Part shown: positions 53,554-63,833 of the stretch, in pieces | Numbering within the stretch: the first letter of the stretch is position 1 | Layout: the number at the start of each line of letters is the position of its first letter | Source: an uncultured Pseudomonadota bacterium | Lineage (GTDB): Bacteria > Pseudomonadota > Gammaproteobacteria > Burkholderiales > SG8-39 | NCBI GenBank assembly: GCA_903834835.1 | Contig: CAILKO010000035.1 | Coordinates: 122,539-186,538 of the forward strand | Length of the DNA stretch: 64,000 nt | Reading direction: 5' to 3' | Notes under the pieces: model-generated | The model's input: only the letters and a program-made list of their open reading frames with translations | Databases searched by the model: none | Told to the model about the DNA's origin: nothing | Translations under genes and position numbers: made by a program

Positions 53554-54105
53554 TCACGACGGACCATCCTTGCCCGCGACCTCGAAGAACGTGTACGACA
53601 GCGTGATCGTGTTGATGTCCGATGGAAGCTTGTCGTCGATTAGGAAGACGACTGGCATGCGCCGCGTTTCACCAGGTCCAAGCGTCTGCTGCCTGAAGCA
53701 GAAGCAGTCGAGCTTTTTCATGTGCGCCCCCGCAGTCGTCGGCCCGAAACTGGGCAAGGCCTGGCCGGTGACCGGCCTGTTGCGCAGATTGGTAATCTCG
53801 TACTCGACCGTCGTAAGCTCTCCCGGATGCACCTCGATATGGCGGGTCAGCGGCCTGAACTGCCATGGCAGATTATGCGCGTTCGCATCCAGTTCAATCA
53901 CGACCTTGCGGGTGTAGTCGATCTGGGTATTACCGGTATCCCGAGCCTTGTCCACCAAGCGGTTGATGCCGAGCGCCTCGCAAAGCCGGTCATAGAGCGG
54001 GACCAGCGCGAAACCGAAGCCGAACATGATGGCGGCAACGATCGAAAGCCGTGTTAACAGCCTCCGGTTCGCGTTTCCCAGCGCAGTGGCAACAGCCTCA
54101 CTCAT
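53554..54105 (-). CDS. ctaG: Cytochrome c oxidase assembly protein CtaG/Cox11
   Basis: FGFALVPLY, KLDCFCF, ITLSYTFF. Confidence 0.95.
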   Translation of the reverse strand: MSEAVATALGNANRRLLTRLSIVAAIMFGFGFALVPLYDRLCEALGINRLVDKARDTGNTQIDYTRKVVIELDANAHNLPWQFRPLTRHIEVHPGELTTVEYEITNLRNRPVTGQALPSFGPTTAGAHMKKLDCFCFRQQTLGPGETRRMPVVFLIDDKLPSDINTITLSYTFFEVAGKDGPS

Positions 54106-54112
54106 CGACAAT

Positions 54113-54205
54113 TCATCCGAGCAGCCAGTATTTCCCGATGATTCCGAAAAAAGTCACGAGCGCGATCGAAAGCAGAACCAGCGCAGTTCTCGCGTTTTTT
54201 CCCAT
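54113..54205 (-). CDS. Cytochrome oxidase small assembly peptide (30 aa)
   Basis: Manual translation MGKNARTALVLLSIALVTFFGIIGKYWLLG fills the coxA-ctaG gap; below the ORF-track cut-off. Confidence 0.75.
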   Translation of the reverse strand: MGKNARTALVLLSIALVTFFGIIGKYWLLG

Positions 54206-54210
54206 GCTTC

Positions 54211-55818
54211 CTATTTCAGTACCGGCGGAGTCTCAAAGGAATGGTGCGGCGCCGGGGTCGGCAGGTGCGTCCACTCGAGCGAATCCGCACCTTCCCAGGG
54301 CATCTGGGGAGCCTTTTCGCCACTACGGATGGTCTTCAGCACGATGTAGAGGAGCAGCAGTTGCGTCAGACCAAAGCCGAAGGCGCCGATCGAACTGATC
54401 TTGTTCCACGTCTCGAACATCAGGTTGTAGTCCGGAATCCGGCGCGGCATCCCGGCGAGGCCCAGGAAATGCTGCACGAAGAAGATCATGTTGAAGAAAA
54501 TCATCGACAGCCAGAAGTGCCATTTCCCGAGTGTCTCGTCGTACATCTTCCCGGTCCACTTGGGCAGCCAGAAGTACACGCCTGAGAAGGCCGAGAACAA
54601 CGCACCGGCCACCATCACGTAGTGAAAATGCGCGACCACGTAGTAGGTTTCCTGCAGCTGAATATCCACCGGTGCGAGCGCAAGCACCAGGCCCGAGAAA
54701 CCACCCAACGTGAACAGGAACAGGAATCCCAATGCGAACAGCATCGGTGTTTCAAACGTGAGCGAGCCCTGCCACATGGTGGCGACCCAGTTGAACACCT
54801 TCACACCGGTGGGCACCGCGATGAGGATTGTTGCGTACATGAAAAACAGCTGGGTCCCGATGGGCAGGCCCGTGACATACATGTGGTGTGCCCAGACGAT
54901 GAACGACAGAATCGCGATCGCCGAGGTCGCATAGACCATCGATGCGTAGCCGAACAGCGGCTTGCGCGAAAAGGCCGGGATCACCTGAGAAATCACGCCG
55001 AAGGCGGGCAGCGCAATGATGTACACCTCAGGATGGCCGAAGAACCAGAAGATATGCTGGTAGAGAACGGGATCGCCGCCTCCCGCCGCATTGAAGAACG
55101 AAGTGCCGAAGTGCCGATCGGTAAGCGTCATGGTAACGGCACCTGCAAGAACAGGCATCGTGGCAATGAGGAGATAGCCGGTGATCAACCAGGTCCAGCA
55201 GAACAACGGCATGCGCATCAGGGTCATGCCGGGAGCGCGCATGTTGAGGATCGTCGTGACGATATTGATGGAGCCCATGATCGAGCTCATGCCGAGCAGG
55301 TGGACTGCAAAGATCGTCAGATCCATGCCCATGCCCATCTGGATGGTAAGTGGCGCGTAGAGCGTCCACCCAACGCCCGGCGCTCCGCCGGGCGTGAAGA
55401 AGGAAAGCACCAGCAGAGCACCCGCAAACGGCAGTATCCAGAAAGACCAGTTGTTCATCCGCGCGAACGCCATGTCTGGAGCGCCGATCTGCATCGGGAT
55501 GAGCCAGTTGGCGAAGCCAACGAACGCCGGCATGATCGCGCCGAACACCATGATCAGGCCATGCATCGTTGTCATCTGGTTGAAGAACTCCGGCTGCACG
55601 AGCTGCAAGCCGGGCTGGAACAGCTCGGCGCGGATCACCAGCGCCATCACGCCTCCCACCAGGAACATGATGAAGCTGAACCACAGGTACATCGTGCCGA
55701 TGTCCTTGTGATTGGTAGTCGTGATCCAGCGCATCAGGCCGGTGGGGCCATGGCCGTGATGGTCGTGATCGCCGTGCTCGTGGTCGCCGTGGCCGTGTGT
55801 ATCCAGGACTGCGCTCAT
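54211..55818 (-). CDS. coxA: Cytochrome c oxidase subunit I (A1 type)
   Basis: NHKDIG, FGHPEVY, VWAHH, AHFHY, MPRR. Confidence 0.98.
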   Translation of the reverse strand: MSAVLDTHGHGDHEHGDHDHHGHGPTGLMRWITTTNHKDIGTMYLWFSFIMFLVGGVMALVIRAELFQPGLQLVQPEFFNQMTTMHGLIMVFGAIMPAFVGFANWLIPMQIGAPDMAFARMNNWSFWILPFAGALLVLSFFTPGGAPGVGWTLYAPLTIQMGMGMDLTIFAVHLLGMSSIMGSINIVTTILNMRAPGMTLMRMPLFCWTWLITGYLLIATMPVLAGAVTMTLTDRHFGTSFFNAAGGGDPVLYQHIFWFFGHPEVYIIALPAFGVISQVIPAFSRKPLFGYASMVYATSAIAILSFIVWAHHMYVTGLPIGTQLFFMYATILIAVPTGVKVFNWVATMWQGSLTFETPMLFALGFLFLFTLGGFSGLVLALAPVDIQLQETYYVVAHFHYVMVAGALFSAFSGVYFWLPKWTGKMYDETLGKWHFWLSMIFFNMIFFVQHFLGLAGMPRRIPDYNLMFETWNKISSIGAFGFGLTQLLLLYIVLKTIRSGEKAPQMPWEGADSLEWTHLPTPAPHHSFETPPVLK

Positions 55819-55848
55819 TCGTGTTCTCCTGATTCTTCGTGCGCGCGC

Positions 55849-56988
55849 CTACTTGCGGCGCGCCTTGACATCTGCTGGCTGCACCAGGGTGCCGGTATGG
55901 TTGCCCCAGGCATTGCGCTCATAGGTCACAACCGCCGCGATCTCGGTATCTGAAAGCTGCTTGCCGAACGCCGCCATCGAAGTGTTCGCCTTGCCGTTCA
56001 GCACGATGTCGATGTGTGCCTCCTTCGGACCGTTGGCGATCTTCGAACCATCCAGCGGCGGGAAGGCCGGGGGCGCACCCTTGCCGTTCGCCTGGTGGCA
56101 GGCGACGCAATTCGATTCGTAGACCTTCTGGCCACGCGCCTTCATATCGTCCATGGTCCATACCTTGTTCGGGTCGTCCGCCGCAGCCGCGGCCTTCTTT
56201 TTCTGATCCGCCGTCCACTGTGCGTACTCTTCCTGCCCAAGGACCTGCACAACGATAGGCATGAATCCATGGTCTTTGCCGCAAAGCTCTACGCACTGAC
56301 CTCGGTAAGTGCCAGTCTTTTCCGCCCGGAACCATGTATCACGGATGAATCCGGGGATTGCATCCTGTTTGACTCCGAAAGCGGGAACACCCCAGGAATG
56401 GATCACGTCGGCAGCCGTCGTCAGAATGCGGACCTTCTTGCCCACCGGTACGACCAGCGGATTGTCCACCTCGAGCAGGTAGTGTTCACCTTTCTCGGCG
56501 GTGCCTTCGATCTGCTCGCGGGGTGTCGCCAGTACGGACAGGAAGCTGATTCCCTCGCCATCGCCTTTGATGTAGTCGTAGCCCCACTTCCATTGGTAAC
56601 CCGTCGCCTTGATCGTGATGTCCGGGTTGCTGGTATCGCGCATCGCGACCAGCGACTTGGTTGCCGGCCAGGCGACGAAGATCAGGATGATGAAGGGGAC
56701 GACCGTCCAGATCACCTCGACCGTGGTGTTCTCGTGGAACTGCGCAGCCTTGTGCCCCTTCGACTTCCGGTGCGCGAACACCGAATAGAACATCGCCGCA
56801 AACACACCGACGAAGATCACGATGACCAGAATCATCACGTAGTTGTGAAGCGTGTAGACCTCCTGGGTCAGACGAGTCACCCCGACAGGCATGTACCACT
56901 CTAGTGCCGCTGCGGTACCCGAAATCAATGCCAATAAGGCGGCCATCGCCCATCGCGCGGCGTGGATACGCGACTTGCTTGCCATCAT
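55849..56988 (-). CDS. coxB: Cytochrome c oxidase subunit II with C-terminal cytochrome c
   Basis: DVIHSW, CVELCGKDHGFM CuA site, CVACH heme motif. Confidence 0.97.
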   Translation of the reverse strand: MMASKSRIHAARWAMAALLALISGTAAALEWYMPVGVTRLTQEVYTLHNYVMILVIVIFVGVFAAMFYSVFAHRKSKGHKAAQFHENTTVEVIWTVVPFIILIFVAWPATKSLVAMRDTSNPDITIKATGYQWKWGYDYIKGDGEGISFLSVLATPREQIEGTAEKGEHYLLEVDNPLVVPVGKKVRILTTAADVIHSWGVPAFGVKQDAIPGFIRDTWFRAEKTGTYRGQCVELCGKDHGFMPIVVQVLGQEEYAQWTADQKKKAAAAADDPNKVWTMDDMKARGQKVYESNCVACHQANGKGAPPAFPPLDGSKIANGPKEAHIDIVLNGKANTSMAAFGKQLSDTEIAAVVTYERNAWGNHTGTLVQPADVKARRK

Positions 56989-57239
56989 CACCTCTTTTTC
57001 ATTTCCCAGATTCTGTTGAGACCCGCAACGACCATGCCCCGATACGGTGCGCAAGCATCGCGATCCATCCCGAACCGGCAGCAAATCCCGGCTTGGCGTT
57101 CGATCCGAGAAGACTCCGATCTGATGTCAGACCCGGAATCTCCGCAAAAACCTTCCTGCCGCTGCCCGACTGCGGTCCGGAGAATCCCGGCACGGTCAGG
57201 CTGCCACCATGCGCCGCAGCATCGCGCAAGAGGCGCGCT

Positions 57240-57268
57240 AACTTACCACAGGAGCCCCTCCCTCACAA
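57240..57268 (-). promoter_or_regulatory. Putative sigma70 promoter of the cox operon
   Basis: Minus strand TTGTGA-N17-TAAGTT with an extended TGn. Confidence 0.45.
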
Positions 57269-57320
57269 TGAAAAGCCGAGTCAAATCCTCGGGTTCCCGC
57301 TGGAAAATCCAACAGCGCGA

Positions 57321-57334
57321 TTGATTTGCATCAA
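57321..57334. promoter_or_regulatory. FNR/ANR box upstream of coxB
   Basis: TTGAT-TTGC-ATCAA, an exact TTGAT-N4-ATCAA match. Confidence 0.8.
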
Positions 57335-58218
57335 GGCCCGCGACGGCGCAGGGCACTGAGATCAATTGTCGCAACGCCATCCGTGGCGCGTCCTCGGCGT
57401 GGCTTCTCCGCCGTCCAGGCGTGGCCATAGACGATCTCCGCCGTAACACTGATTCGTCCAGCATTTGCCCGCGTACCCAGACGCTCCTTCAGCGCACTCA
57501 GGTGCCCGCGCCCGCCCAGACCGCGCCCACCTGCGGCAAGCGCGGCAGTCTGTCCAGTCGCACGCAGCTCGCGCAGCAAGGTCTCCGGATCCGGATAACT
57601 GACCGTGATCTTCTCCATGTCCATCACCGGGGCCGAAAATCCCGCCTGCACGAGCCAGTCGCCAACGTCGTGCATGTCGGGAAAGACATGCGTGCGTCCT
57701 GGCGCGGCCTCACGCAGTTCGAGAAGCGTGTCCGGCCCGAGCAGGGTGAACATCACGAGGCCACCCGGGCGCAACACTCTGCGGAACTCCACAAGTCCGA
57801 GCGCGGGCTCTCGCATCCAGTGCAGCGCGAGATTCGACCAGATCAGGTCGAAGGCCCTTTCAGCAAACGGCAGCGCCGCAAGATCGGCGCACACCGCTCT
57901 CATGCCCCGACGGCCGAGCAGCGACGAGAGCCAGCCATCCTGCGCACGCGCCGCACGCAGCATCGCGAGCGAAAAGTCGAGCCCGATCACCTCGGAGCCG
58001 GGGTAGCGCTTGCGCAGCATCTGCGCATCGCGACCGGGCCCGCAGCCCGCATCGAGTATCCGCGCAGGCTCCAGCCTGAGGTAGTCGAGCCGGTCCCGCA
58101 TCCGTGCTGAAACCTCCGCTTCGAGATGCGCGAATTCCGCGTAGCTGCGGGCGGCACGATCGAAATGCCGGCGCGATTGCGCCTGATCGACGGGCACGTG
58201 TTTGCGATGCTCTTCCAT
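57331..58218 (-). CDS. bioC: BioC-like SAM-dependent methyltransferase
   Basis: ILDAGCGPG, WSNLALHW, LGPDTLLELR, FPDMHDVGD, EIVYGHAW; divergent from comF. Confidence 0.8.
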   Translation of the reverse strand: MEEHRKHVPVDQAQSRRHFDRAARSYAEFAHLEAEVSARMRDRLDYLRLEPARILDAGCGPGRDAQMLRKRYPGSEVIGLDFSLAMLRAARAQDGWLSSLLGRRGMRAVCADLAALPFAERAFDLIWSNLALHWMREPALGLVEFRRVLRPGGLVMFTLLGPDTLLELREAAPGRTHVFPDMHDVGDWLVQAGFSAPVMDMEKITVSYPDPETLLRELRATGQTAALAAGGRGLGGRGHLSALKERLGTRANAGRISVTAEIVYGHAWTAEKPRRGRATDGVATIDLSALRRRGP

Positions 58219-58300
58219 CCCGCAAGGTTAGCGCCTGTCCTCGGCAGCCACATCCGGGCGCCTTGCAGGAGACACGCCCGCTGGATTAGATTGCCGGCAA

Positions 58301-59035
58301 ATGCTGAACGCCGTCGCCAGATTTACGTCCCGATTCGTAACCCTTGCGTTCGGCGGCAGTTGCTTCCTCTGCGGCGGGTCTTCGCGCGATGCGGCGGATC
58401 CGGCGCAGGTTCTGTGCGCTGCCTGCGAACATTCCCTCATGCCCCCGCCAGCCGGGCGCTGCCCGGTCTGTGCGTTGCGCACCCCGGGCGGCGAAACCTG
58501 CGGGCGCTGCATCGCAAAGCCCCCCGCCTTCGACGCCACGGTCTGTCTCTCGGACTACGATTTTCCTGCGGACGTGCTGGTGCAGGCACTCAAGTTCCGC
58601 GGCGAGCTCTCTCTTGCGGGTCTGTTCGGGCGCATGATCCGCAGCCGGATTGAGCCGGAAGCTCTTGCCGGTCCGGACTGCGTGGTACCGGTGCCGATTT
58701 CCGACTCGCGCATGCGCGAACGCGGTTTCAATCAGTCGATGGAGATCGCCCGTGCCATTGTTAGCGCGGGCGGGCCGCCGGTCGACGGTGCACTCGCGGT
58801 GCGGACGCGCGAGACCGCGCCGCAGGCGGGTCTGCCCTGGAAGGAGCGCGCGCGCAACCTGCGCGGCGCATTCCACTGCGATCCCCGGGCGCAGGGTCTG
58901 CGAGTGGCAGTGGTTGACGACGTCATGACGACAGGTTCCACCCTGGACGAACTGGCCGCGACGCTCAAATCAGCCGGGGCCCGGAGTGTCGTGAACTGGG
59001 TAGTCGCGCGCACGCCGGCGGCGGGCGCTTTCTGA
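58301..59035 (+). CDS. comF: ComF family amidophosphoribosyltransferase-like protein
   Basis: N-terminal CxxC pairs, [17 protein letters not shown]. Confidence 0.92.
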   Translation: MLNAVARFTSRFVTLAFGGSCFLCGGSSRDAADPAQVLCAACEHSLMPPPAGRCPVCALRTPGGETCGRCIAKPPAFDATVCLSDYDFPADVLVQALKFRGELSLAGLFGRMIRSRIEPEALAGPDCVVPVPISDSRMRERGFNQSMEIARAIVSAGGPPVDGALAVRTRETAPQAGLPWKERARNLRGAFHCDPRAQGLRVAVVDDVMTTGSTLDELAATLKSAGARSVVNWVVARTPAAGAF

Positions 59036-59049
59036 GCCACTGCGTATCC

Positions 59050-59514
59050 ATGTTCGACATCGTGCTCCACTGCCCGGAGATTCCGCCGAATACCGGCAAC
59101 GTGATCCGGCTCACCGCGAATATCGGGGCGCGTCTGCATCTTGTTCGCCCGCTCGGGTTCACCATGGACGACAGGCAGCTGAAACGGGCCGGCCTCGACT
59201 ACCATGAGTACGCGGACCTGCGCTGTCACGACGACTGGTCCGCCTGCCTCCGTGCGCTGCCGGGCCGACGATTCTTCGCGCTCACCACGCGCGCGAGGCA
59301 ATCGTACGCAAGTGTGCGTTACGCGCCGGGAGACGTGCTCGTATTCGGTTCCGAGACGAGCGGCCTTCCGGCTGCCGTACTGGATGAGTTCCCTCCGGAT
59401 CGCAAACTGCGCATCCCGATGCGGCCCGGCAATCGCAGCCTGAATCTATCCAACGCTGTCGCGGTCGTCGCCTACGAAGCGTGGCGCCAGCAGGGCTACG
59501 AAGGCTCGGTCTGA
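59050..59514 (+). CDS. trmL: tRNA (cytidine34-2'-O)-methyltransferase
   Basis: [31 protein letters not shown]. Confidence 0.96.
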   Translation: MFDIVLHCPEIPPNTGNVIRLTANIGARLHLVRPLGFTMDDRQLKRAGLDYHEYADLRCHDDWSACLRALPGRRFFALTTRARQSYASVRYAPGDVLVFGSETSGLPAAVLDEFPPDRKLRIPMRPGNRSLNLSNAVAVVAYEAWRQQGYEGSV

Positions 59515-59561
59515 GCGACTGATTCCGCCGATTTGATCCCGCCCATTGGCCAATTTCCCCC

Positions 59562-61439
59562 TCAGGGCCGCGTCCACTCCTGGGCCCTGCGTAGATAGAT
59601 CTGCGCGTCCGAGTGCAGCAACAGGCGCTCACCCGCCAGTTCACGCACTGCGGCACCCACCTTCTCCCGATAGTCGGCAGCGGTTGAATAGCGCTCCGCC
59701 AGCGAAAGCCTCGGATCACCGGCAAGGTCACGCTCGGCGCGCGTGCCGGCAAACGGGACGAAGCTTCCGTAACGGTCAGCGAGGGCACCTTCGGGCCAGG
59801 GTGCGCGATAGCAGTTCCATCCTGTGTGAGTGCCTAGGGGCGCACACAGGTCGGGTGTACGGATGCCGTCCGTCTCGAGGCCATCGGAATCAACCGCGCA
59901 AACCCTGGGCGCATACCGGAAGTCTGCAAATCGGGGCGCGATCCAGTCAGTGAGCGGCGCGACGTCGTTGCAATCGCCGGGCAGGACCAGCCCCGGCCAT
60001 CGCGGAAAAGTCAGAGCCGTGGGACCGAGCAAGGTACCTGCCCCGATCGTTGGTACCCTGCTCTTCGGCGGCTCCCGCCCCGCCGTCACCCAATCGCACA
60101 AAGCAACCATCAGGGCCCTCAAGATGGGCGACGGGTCATGCGGGTTACAGGGATTCGCACAGGGCCCTCGGTCTGCGCTCGTCCCCGGACGCGCGTCGTG
60201 CTGCGTCCCTGCGACCAGATACACACGTGATCCTTCCGGCAGAGTGATGTCCCGCGTTGCGAGAGGATCGGTATGAAGCAGCGAAGCGCCCTTCTGCCAA
60301 TATTCGGTCGACGTGTTGGTCTGAATGAAAAACGGATCGCACTCAGGATCGCCCAGCAAGCCTGCCTGAATCCCGCTCCACGGGTCAGTCAGCGATGCGT
60401 CCGAAAACGGAAACTCCTGTTCCGGGAAATCATGATCCTGGTGCCGGGTGCGCGTGCGCGACGGCTGCCCGAACAGCTCGTCCATGAATACGCGTCCCGC
60501 GCCAGCGACGTGCGAAAAAACGCCATCGAACACCTTGCGCCCGTATTCGTCGCGATTGAATCCCCGACCCACGTACCCTCGCAGAAACCGGCCGGCCTGC
60601 GAGATTCCCAGCGCGATCGCGTGCGTTACGCGACCCAGAACCGGCGCTCCGGCTGTGTCGTGACGCAGAAAACTCACCAGATCGCGCGTTGCGGCGTAGC
60701 CGGTGCCGAGCAGCCGCGCATTCGTCGCGGCATAGCGAATTTCGTAGAGCCAGCCCGGTTCCGGTCTGCGCCCTTCAGGCAGGAGGATGATGCTTTGCGC
60801 ATCGGCGAAGCGCCACTCCTCTGACGCGAGCACCCGCCCGGGGTCGTCGACCCGTGCCCGCGCTGTAATCACAATCCGGGAGGCATCCCGGCTCGCCGGC
60901 CGGTAGGAAAGCCGGAATCGCTCGAGCATGCCATGACGGGTCTCGGAGACGAACTCCTCGCGGATGACCCGCACGAGCGGCGCGCCGTCTTCGACAACGA
61001 GCGGAGCTCGCAGAGCCAGCCCCGCCTCATCGGATGAAACCGTGGCGTCCCAGCCCGACCAGAGCATCGAGTAGCCCATCTCCAACGGGAGCGCGCTCCC
61101 CAGATGCCGTGCGTCCGCAAAAGTATTGGACTGCTCCAGTGCTCCGAAGAAGTAGGGAAAGGCAAGCTTCTTGCCGCGGTTGGTCGCCTCGTACAGGAGT
61201 CCGCCGCAACCCCGTTCCGCCTGCGCGGGTCGGAGGACCATGAACGGGGTGCTGTACTCGACCATGCCCGCAGCATTGCGCGCAGCGTAGCCCAGGCCAG
61301 GCAGGTTCCGGCTGGCCTGGTGCAACGGATCGATGACCCCGGTCGCAACGCCGGTTATGCACATATAGCGGCCCGCCGCACCAAAACTTGCGCCGCCGGC
61401 TACGTCCGATTCTTCGAGATCATCCAGCCGCGTGATCAT
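59562..61439 (-). CDS. Large alpha/beta-hydrolase-domain protein
   Basis: LLYEATNRG, LWSGW, LGISQAGRFLR (GxSxxG), EYWQKGASL, GTQH, PLGTHTGWN; start set at MITRLD. Confidence 0.85.
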   Translation of the reverse strand: MITRLDDLEESDVAGGASFGAAGRYMCITGVATGVIDPLHQASRNLPGLGYAARNAAGMVEYSTPFMVLRPAQAERGCGGLLYEATNRGKKLAFPYFFGALEQSNTFADARHLGSALPLEMGYSMLWSGWDATVSSDEAGLALRAPLVVEDGAPLVRVIREEFVSETRHGMLERFRLSYRPASRDASRIVITARARVDDPGRVLASEEWRFADAQSIILLPEGRRPEPGWLYEIRYAATNARLLGTGYAATRDLVSFLRHDTAGAPVLGRVTHAIALGISQAGRFLRGYVGRGFNRDEYGRKVFDGVFSHVAGAGRVFMDELFGQPSRTRTRHQDHDFPEQEFPFSDASLTDPWSGIQAGLLGDPECDPFFIQTNTSTEYWQKGASLLHTDPLATRDITLPEGSRVYLVAGTQHDARPGTSADRGPCANPCNPHDPSPILRALMVALCDWVTAGREPPKSRVPTIGAGTLLGPTALTFPRWPGLVLPGDCNDVAPLTDWIAPRFADFRYAPRVCAVDSDGLETDGIRTPDLCAPLGTHTGWNCYRAPWPEGALADRYGSFVPFAGTRAERDLAGDPRLSLAERYSTAADYREKVGAAVRELAGERLLLHSDAQIYLRRAQEWTRP

Positions 61440-61495
61440 GCGTGTCGCCCCGGTTACAAGTCGCAGGTGGCCGGCGAGGCGCACTGGCGCATCAC

Positions 61496-61535
61496 CTGAA
61501 AGTATTAGTAACATATATGTTACTAATACTTTCAG
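61496..61535. repeat. Palindrome copy 2 (perfect 40-bp palindrome)
   Basis: CTGAAAGTATTAGTAACATA|TATGTTACTAATACTTTCAG. Confidence 0.95.
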
Positions 61536-61571
61536 CCAGCCAGAATATGCTCCCGCGTGACAGTGCCTCCC

Positions 61572-62597
61572 TCAGTACTCCATCTTCGGTTCCCGCGCGA
61601 GCAGTTCCTCGGCGGCGCGGGCAGGCGCAATGCTCCCATCGAGCACGCGGCAGACCGCTTCTGTAACCGGCATTTCAATATCCAGCTCCCGCGCGCGCTG
61701 CGCGACCGGCGCGGCGGAATTCACGCCCTCTGCGACGTGACCGAGCGCGGCGAGTATCGCCGCGAGCGGCTGGCCGCGCGCAAGCTCCAGACCGACGCGC
61801 CGGTTGCGGGAAAGGTCTCCGGTCGTGGTGAGGATGAGATCCCCGGCCCCCGCAAGTCCCATGAATGTTTGCGGACGCCCGCCGCTGGCCACACCGAGCC
61901 GCGTCATCTCGGCCAGGCCGCGCGTGATCAGCGCGGCGCGCGCGTTCTGGCCAAGTCCCAGTCCGTCGGATATGCCAACAGCGATCGCGAGTACGTTTTT
62001 CACCGCACCGGCGATCTCGACACCCGCCAGGTCGGTGCTGTGATAGATGCGCATCCGCCCGCCATGGAGCAGCACGGCCGCCTCGCGCGCAAAGGCTTCG
62101 TCCCGGGCGGCGAGTGTGAGGGCGCAGGGCAGCCCGCGCGCGACCTCGATCGCGAACGACGGGCCGGAAAGCACGCCATGTGAAACGGCTGCGCCCGCGG
62201 ACGCGGCGAAAATTTCATGCGCGAGGCGACCGCTACCTCGCTCGAAACCCTTGGACAGCCAGACGACGGGCGCAAGCACGCCTCCCGGCGCGCAAGCCGA
62301 TAGATCCGCGAGCAGCCCCGACAGTGCCGCAACCGGTGTCGCGAGGACAAGCAGACTGCTCGAGGCTGCGTGCGCGAGCTCTGCAGTCACGACCAACGAC
62401 AACGGCAACTCGATCCCTGGCAGATAACGGTCATTGCGGCGGGATGCAGCCATCGTCCTGGCCTGGTCTGCATCGCGTGCCCAGAGGCGCGTCTCCATGC
62501 GACCCGCAAGCGCGCAGGCGAAGGCGGTGCCCCATGCGCCCGCGCCGAGTACCGCGATCGGTCCGCCCGTCAGCATCCCTGACGTGCTCTGCGGCAC
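61572..62597 (-). CDS. gpsA: NAD(P)H-dependent glycerol-3-phosphate dehydrogenase
   Basis: GAGAWGTA, SGPSFA, KNVLAIA, GDLILT, SRNR. Confidence 0.97.
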   Translation of the reverse strand: MPQSTSGMLTGGPIAVLGAGAWGTAFACALAGRMETRLWARDADQARTMAASRRNDRYLPGIELPLSLVVTAELAHAASSSLLVLATPVAALSGLLADLSACAPGGVLAPVVWLSKGFERGSGRLAHEIFAASAGAAVSHGVLSGPSFAIEVARGLPCALTLAARDEAFAREAAVLLHGGRMRIYHSTDLAGVEIAGAVKNVLAIAVGISDGLGLGQNARAALITRGLAEMTRLGVASGGRPQTFMGLAGAGDLILTTTGDLSRNRRVGLELARGQPLAAILAALGHVAEGVNSAAPVAQRARELDIEMPVTEAVCRVLDGSIAPARAAEELLAREPKMEY

Positions 62598-62615
62598 TCT
62601 GCGATTCTCAACATC

Positions 62616-63068
62616 TCAGAGTCCCCAGACCTGATTTGCTCTCAGGAAGCCGCCAGACCCGTCGCGGTGCTGGACCCGGATCCAGCCCTGCCCCGCGACC
62701 TCGACGAGCTCCAGCGCGAGAAACTGCACCGCACGAAAAGCAATGGGGGACGCGTCATCGGCCTTCTGGCGCACTTCCGCACCCGCCGCCGTGACAACGA
62801 CCATGCGTTTGTCCGCGAGCCCCCGCCGCTCCACCCAGGAAAGCGCGCCGGTGTGATCGCGCACCTTGACCCAGGCCTCCAGGTTGACCACCACTTCCAG
62901 CGGATAGCCGGCCGAAAGAACGAACAGCGGCACGGCGGCTCTGGACGGCGCGTCGTAGAGGACCGTCGCATTCTGGGATACCGATCGGTACTCCACGGCC
63001 GAGGCGGTCACGCAGGCGCCCCAGAACGCGGAAACCGCAAGCAGCCGGATCAACCACGAGCCTCGCAT
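62616..63068 (-). CDS. Exported SH3-domain protein
   Basis: Signal peptide, VLYDAPS, WVKVRD, C-terminal QVWGL; secB-SH3-gpsA order. Confidence 0.85.
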   Translation of the reverse strand: MRGSWLIRLLAVSAFWGACVTASAVEYRSVSQNATVLYDAPSRAAVPLFVLSAGYPLEVVVNLEAWVKVRDHTGALSWVERRGLADKRMVVVTAAGAEVRQKADDASPIAFRAVQFLALELVEVAGQGWIRVQHRDGSGGFLRANQVWGL

Positions 63069-63082
63069 ATGTGCCCGGCGTG

Positions 63083-63541
63083 TCAGGAGGGCTGCTGCGC
63101 GGCGTCCGCGATCTGCTGCTGGCGCTGCATGTAGAGCGCCTCGAAGGAGACCGGCGCGAGCAGCACCGGCGGGAATCCGCCGCGCACCACCAGGTCGGAC
63201 ACCGTCTCGCGCACGTAGGGATAGAGAATATTCGGGCATGCGATCGCAAGCAGCGGCTCGATCTCGGCTTCCGGCATGCCGCGGAGGGTGAAGATCCCGG
63301 CTTGCGCAGCTTCGACCAGGAACAGGGTCTTGTCGGCGCCGCGCGCGGTGACCGTCACCGTTACCACCACCTCGAACATGCCCTCCGCGAGCATCGTTGC
63401 CTCGTTGTTGATCTGGACGTCGAGCTGAGGCGTCTCGGACTGCAGGAACACCTGCGGCGCGTTCGGCAGTTCGAGCGAAAGATCCTTGACGTAGATCTTC
63501 TCGATCTGGAAGCTTGGCTGCTGGGTCTGGGTTTCGGTCAT
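63083..63541 (-). CDS. secB: Protein-export chaperone SecB
   Basis: IYVKDLSLE, CPNILYPY, GGFPP. Confidence 0.97.
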   Translation of the reverse strand: MTETQTQQPSFQIEKIYVKDLSLELPNAPQVFLQSETPQLDVQINNEATMLAEGMFEVVVTVTVTARGADKTLFLVEAAQAGIFTLRGMPEAEIEPLLAIACPNILYPYVRETVSDLVVRGGFPPVLLAPVSFEALYMQRQQQIADAAQQPS

Positions 63542-63547
63542 GGCGGT

Positions 63548-63832
63548 TCAGTTCTCCTTGCTGGGCTGGGGTTCCTGCGTCCGAAGCAAGGCGTCCAGTT
63601 CGCCGGTTCGCTCCAGTTCATGCAGATCGTCGCATCCGCCTATATGGCGCTCGCCGATCCAGATCTGCGGTACCGTCCGCCGGCCGCTCAGGCGCATCAT
63701 CTCCTCGCGACTGCCCTGCTCAAGGTCGGTCCGTATCTTGCGCAGGCTGGTCACGCCCTTGTGCAGCAACAGGCGTTCCGCCGCATGGCAGAACGGACAG
63801 GATGCCGTGCAGTACATGAGCACGTCGGTCAT
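63548..63832 (-). CDS. grxC: Glutaredoxin 3
   Basis: CPFC, TVPQI, GGCDD. Confidence 0.95.
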   Translation of the reverse strand: MTDVLMYCTASCPFCHAAERLLLHKGVTSLRKIRTDLEQGSREEMMRLSGRRTVPQIWIGERHIGGCDDLHELERTGELDALLRTQEPQPSKEN

Positions 63833-63833
63833 C

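Noticed and set aside
55745..55800. His-rich repeat at the CoxA N-terminus
   Set aside because: A common feature of proteobacterial subunit I.
61496..61535. Palindrome read as a protelomerase target or inverted-duplication artefact
   Set aside because: No protelomerase gene in the window, flanks are unique sequence, and a related copy with different arms exists.
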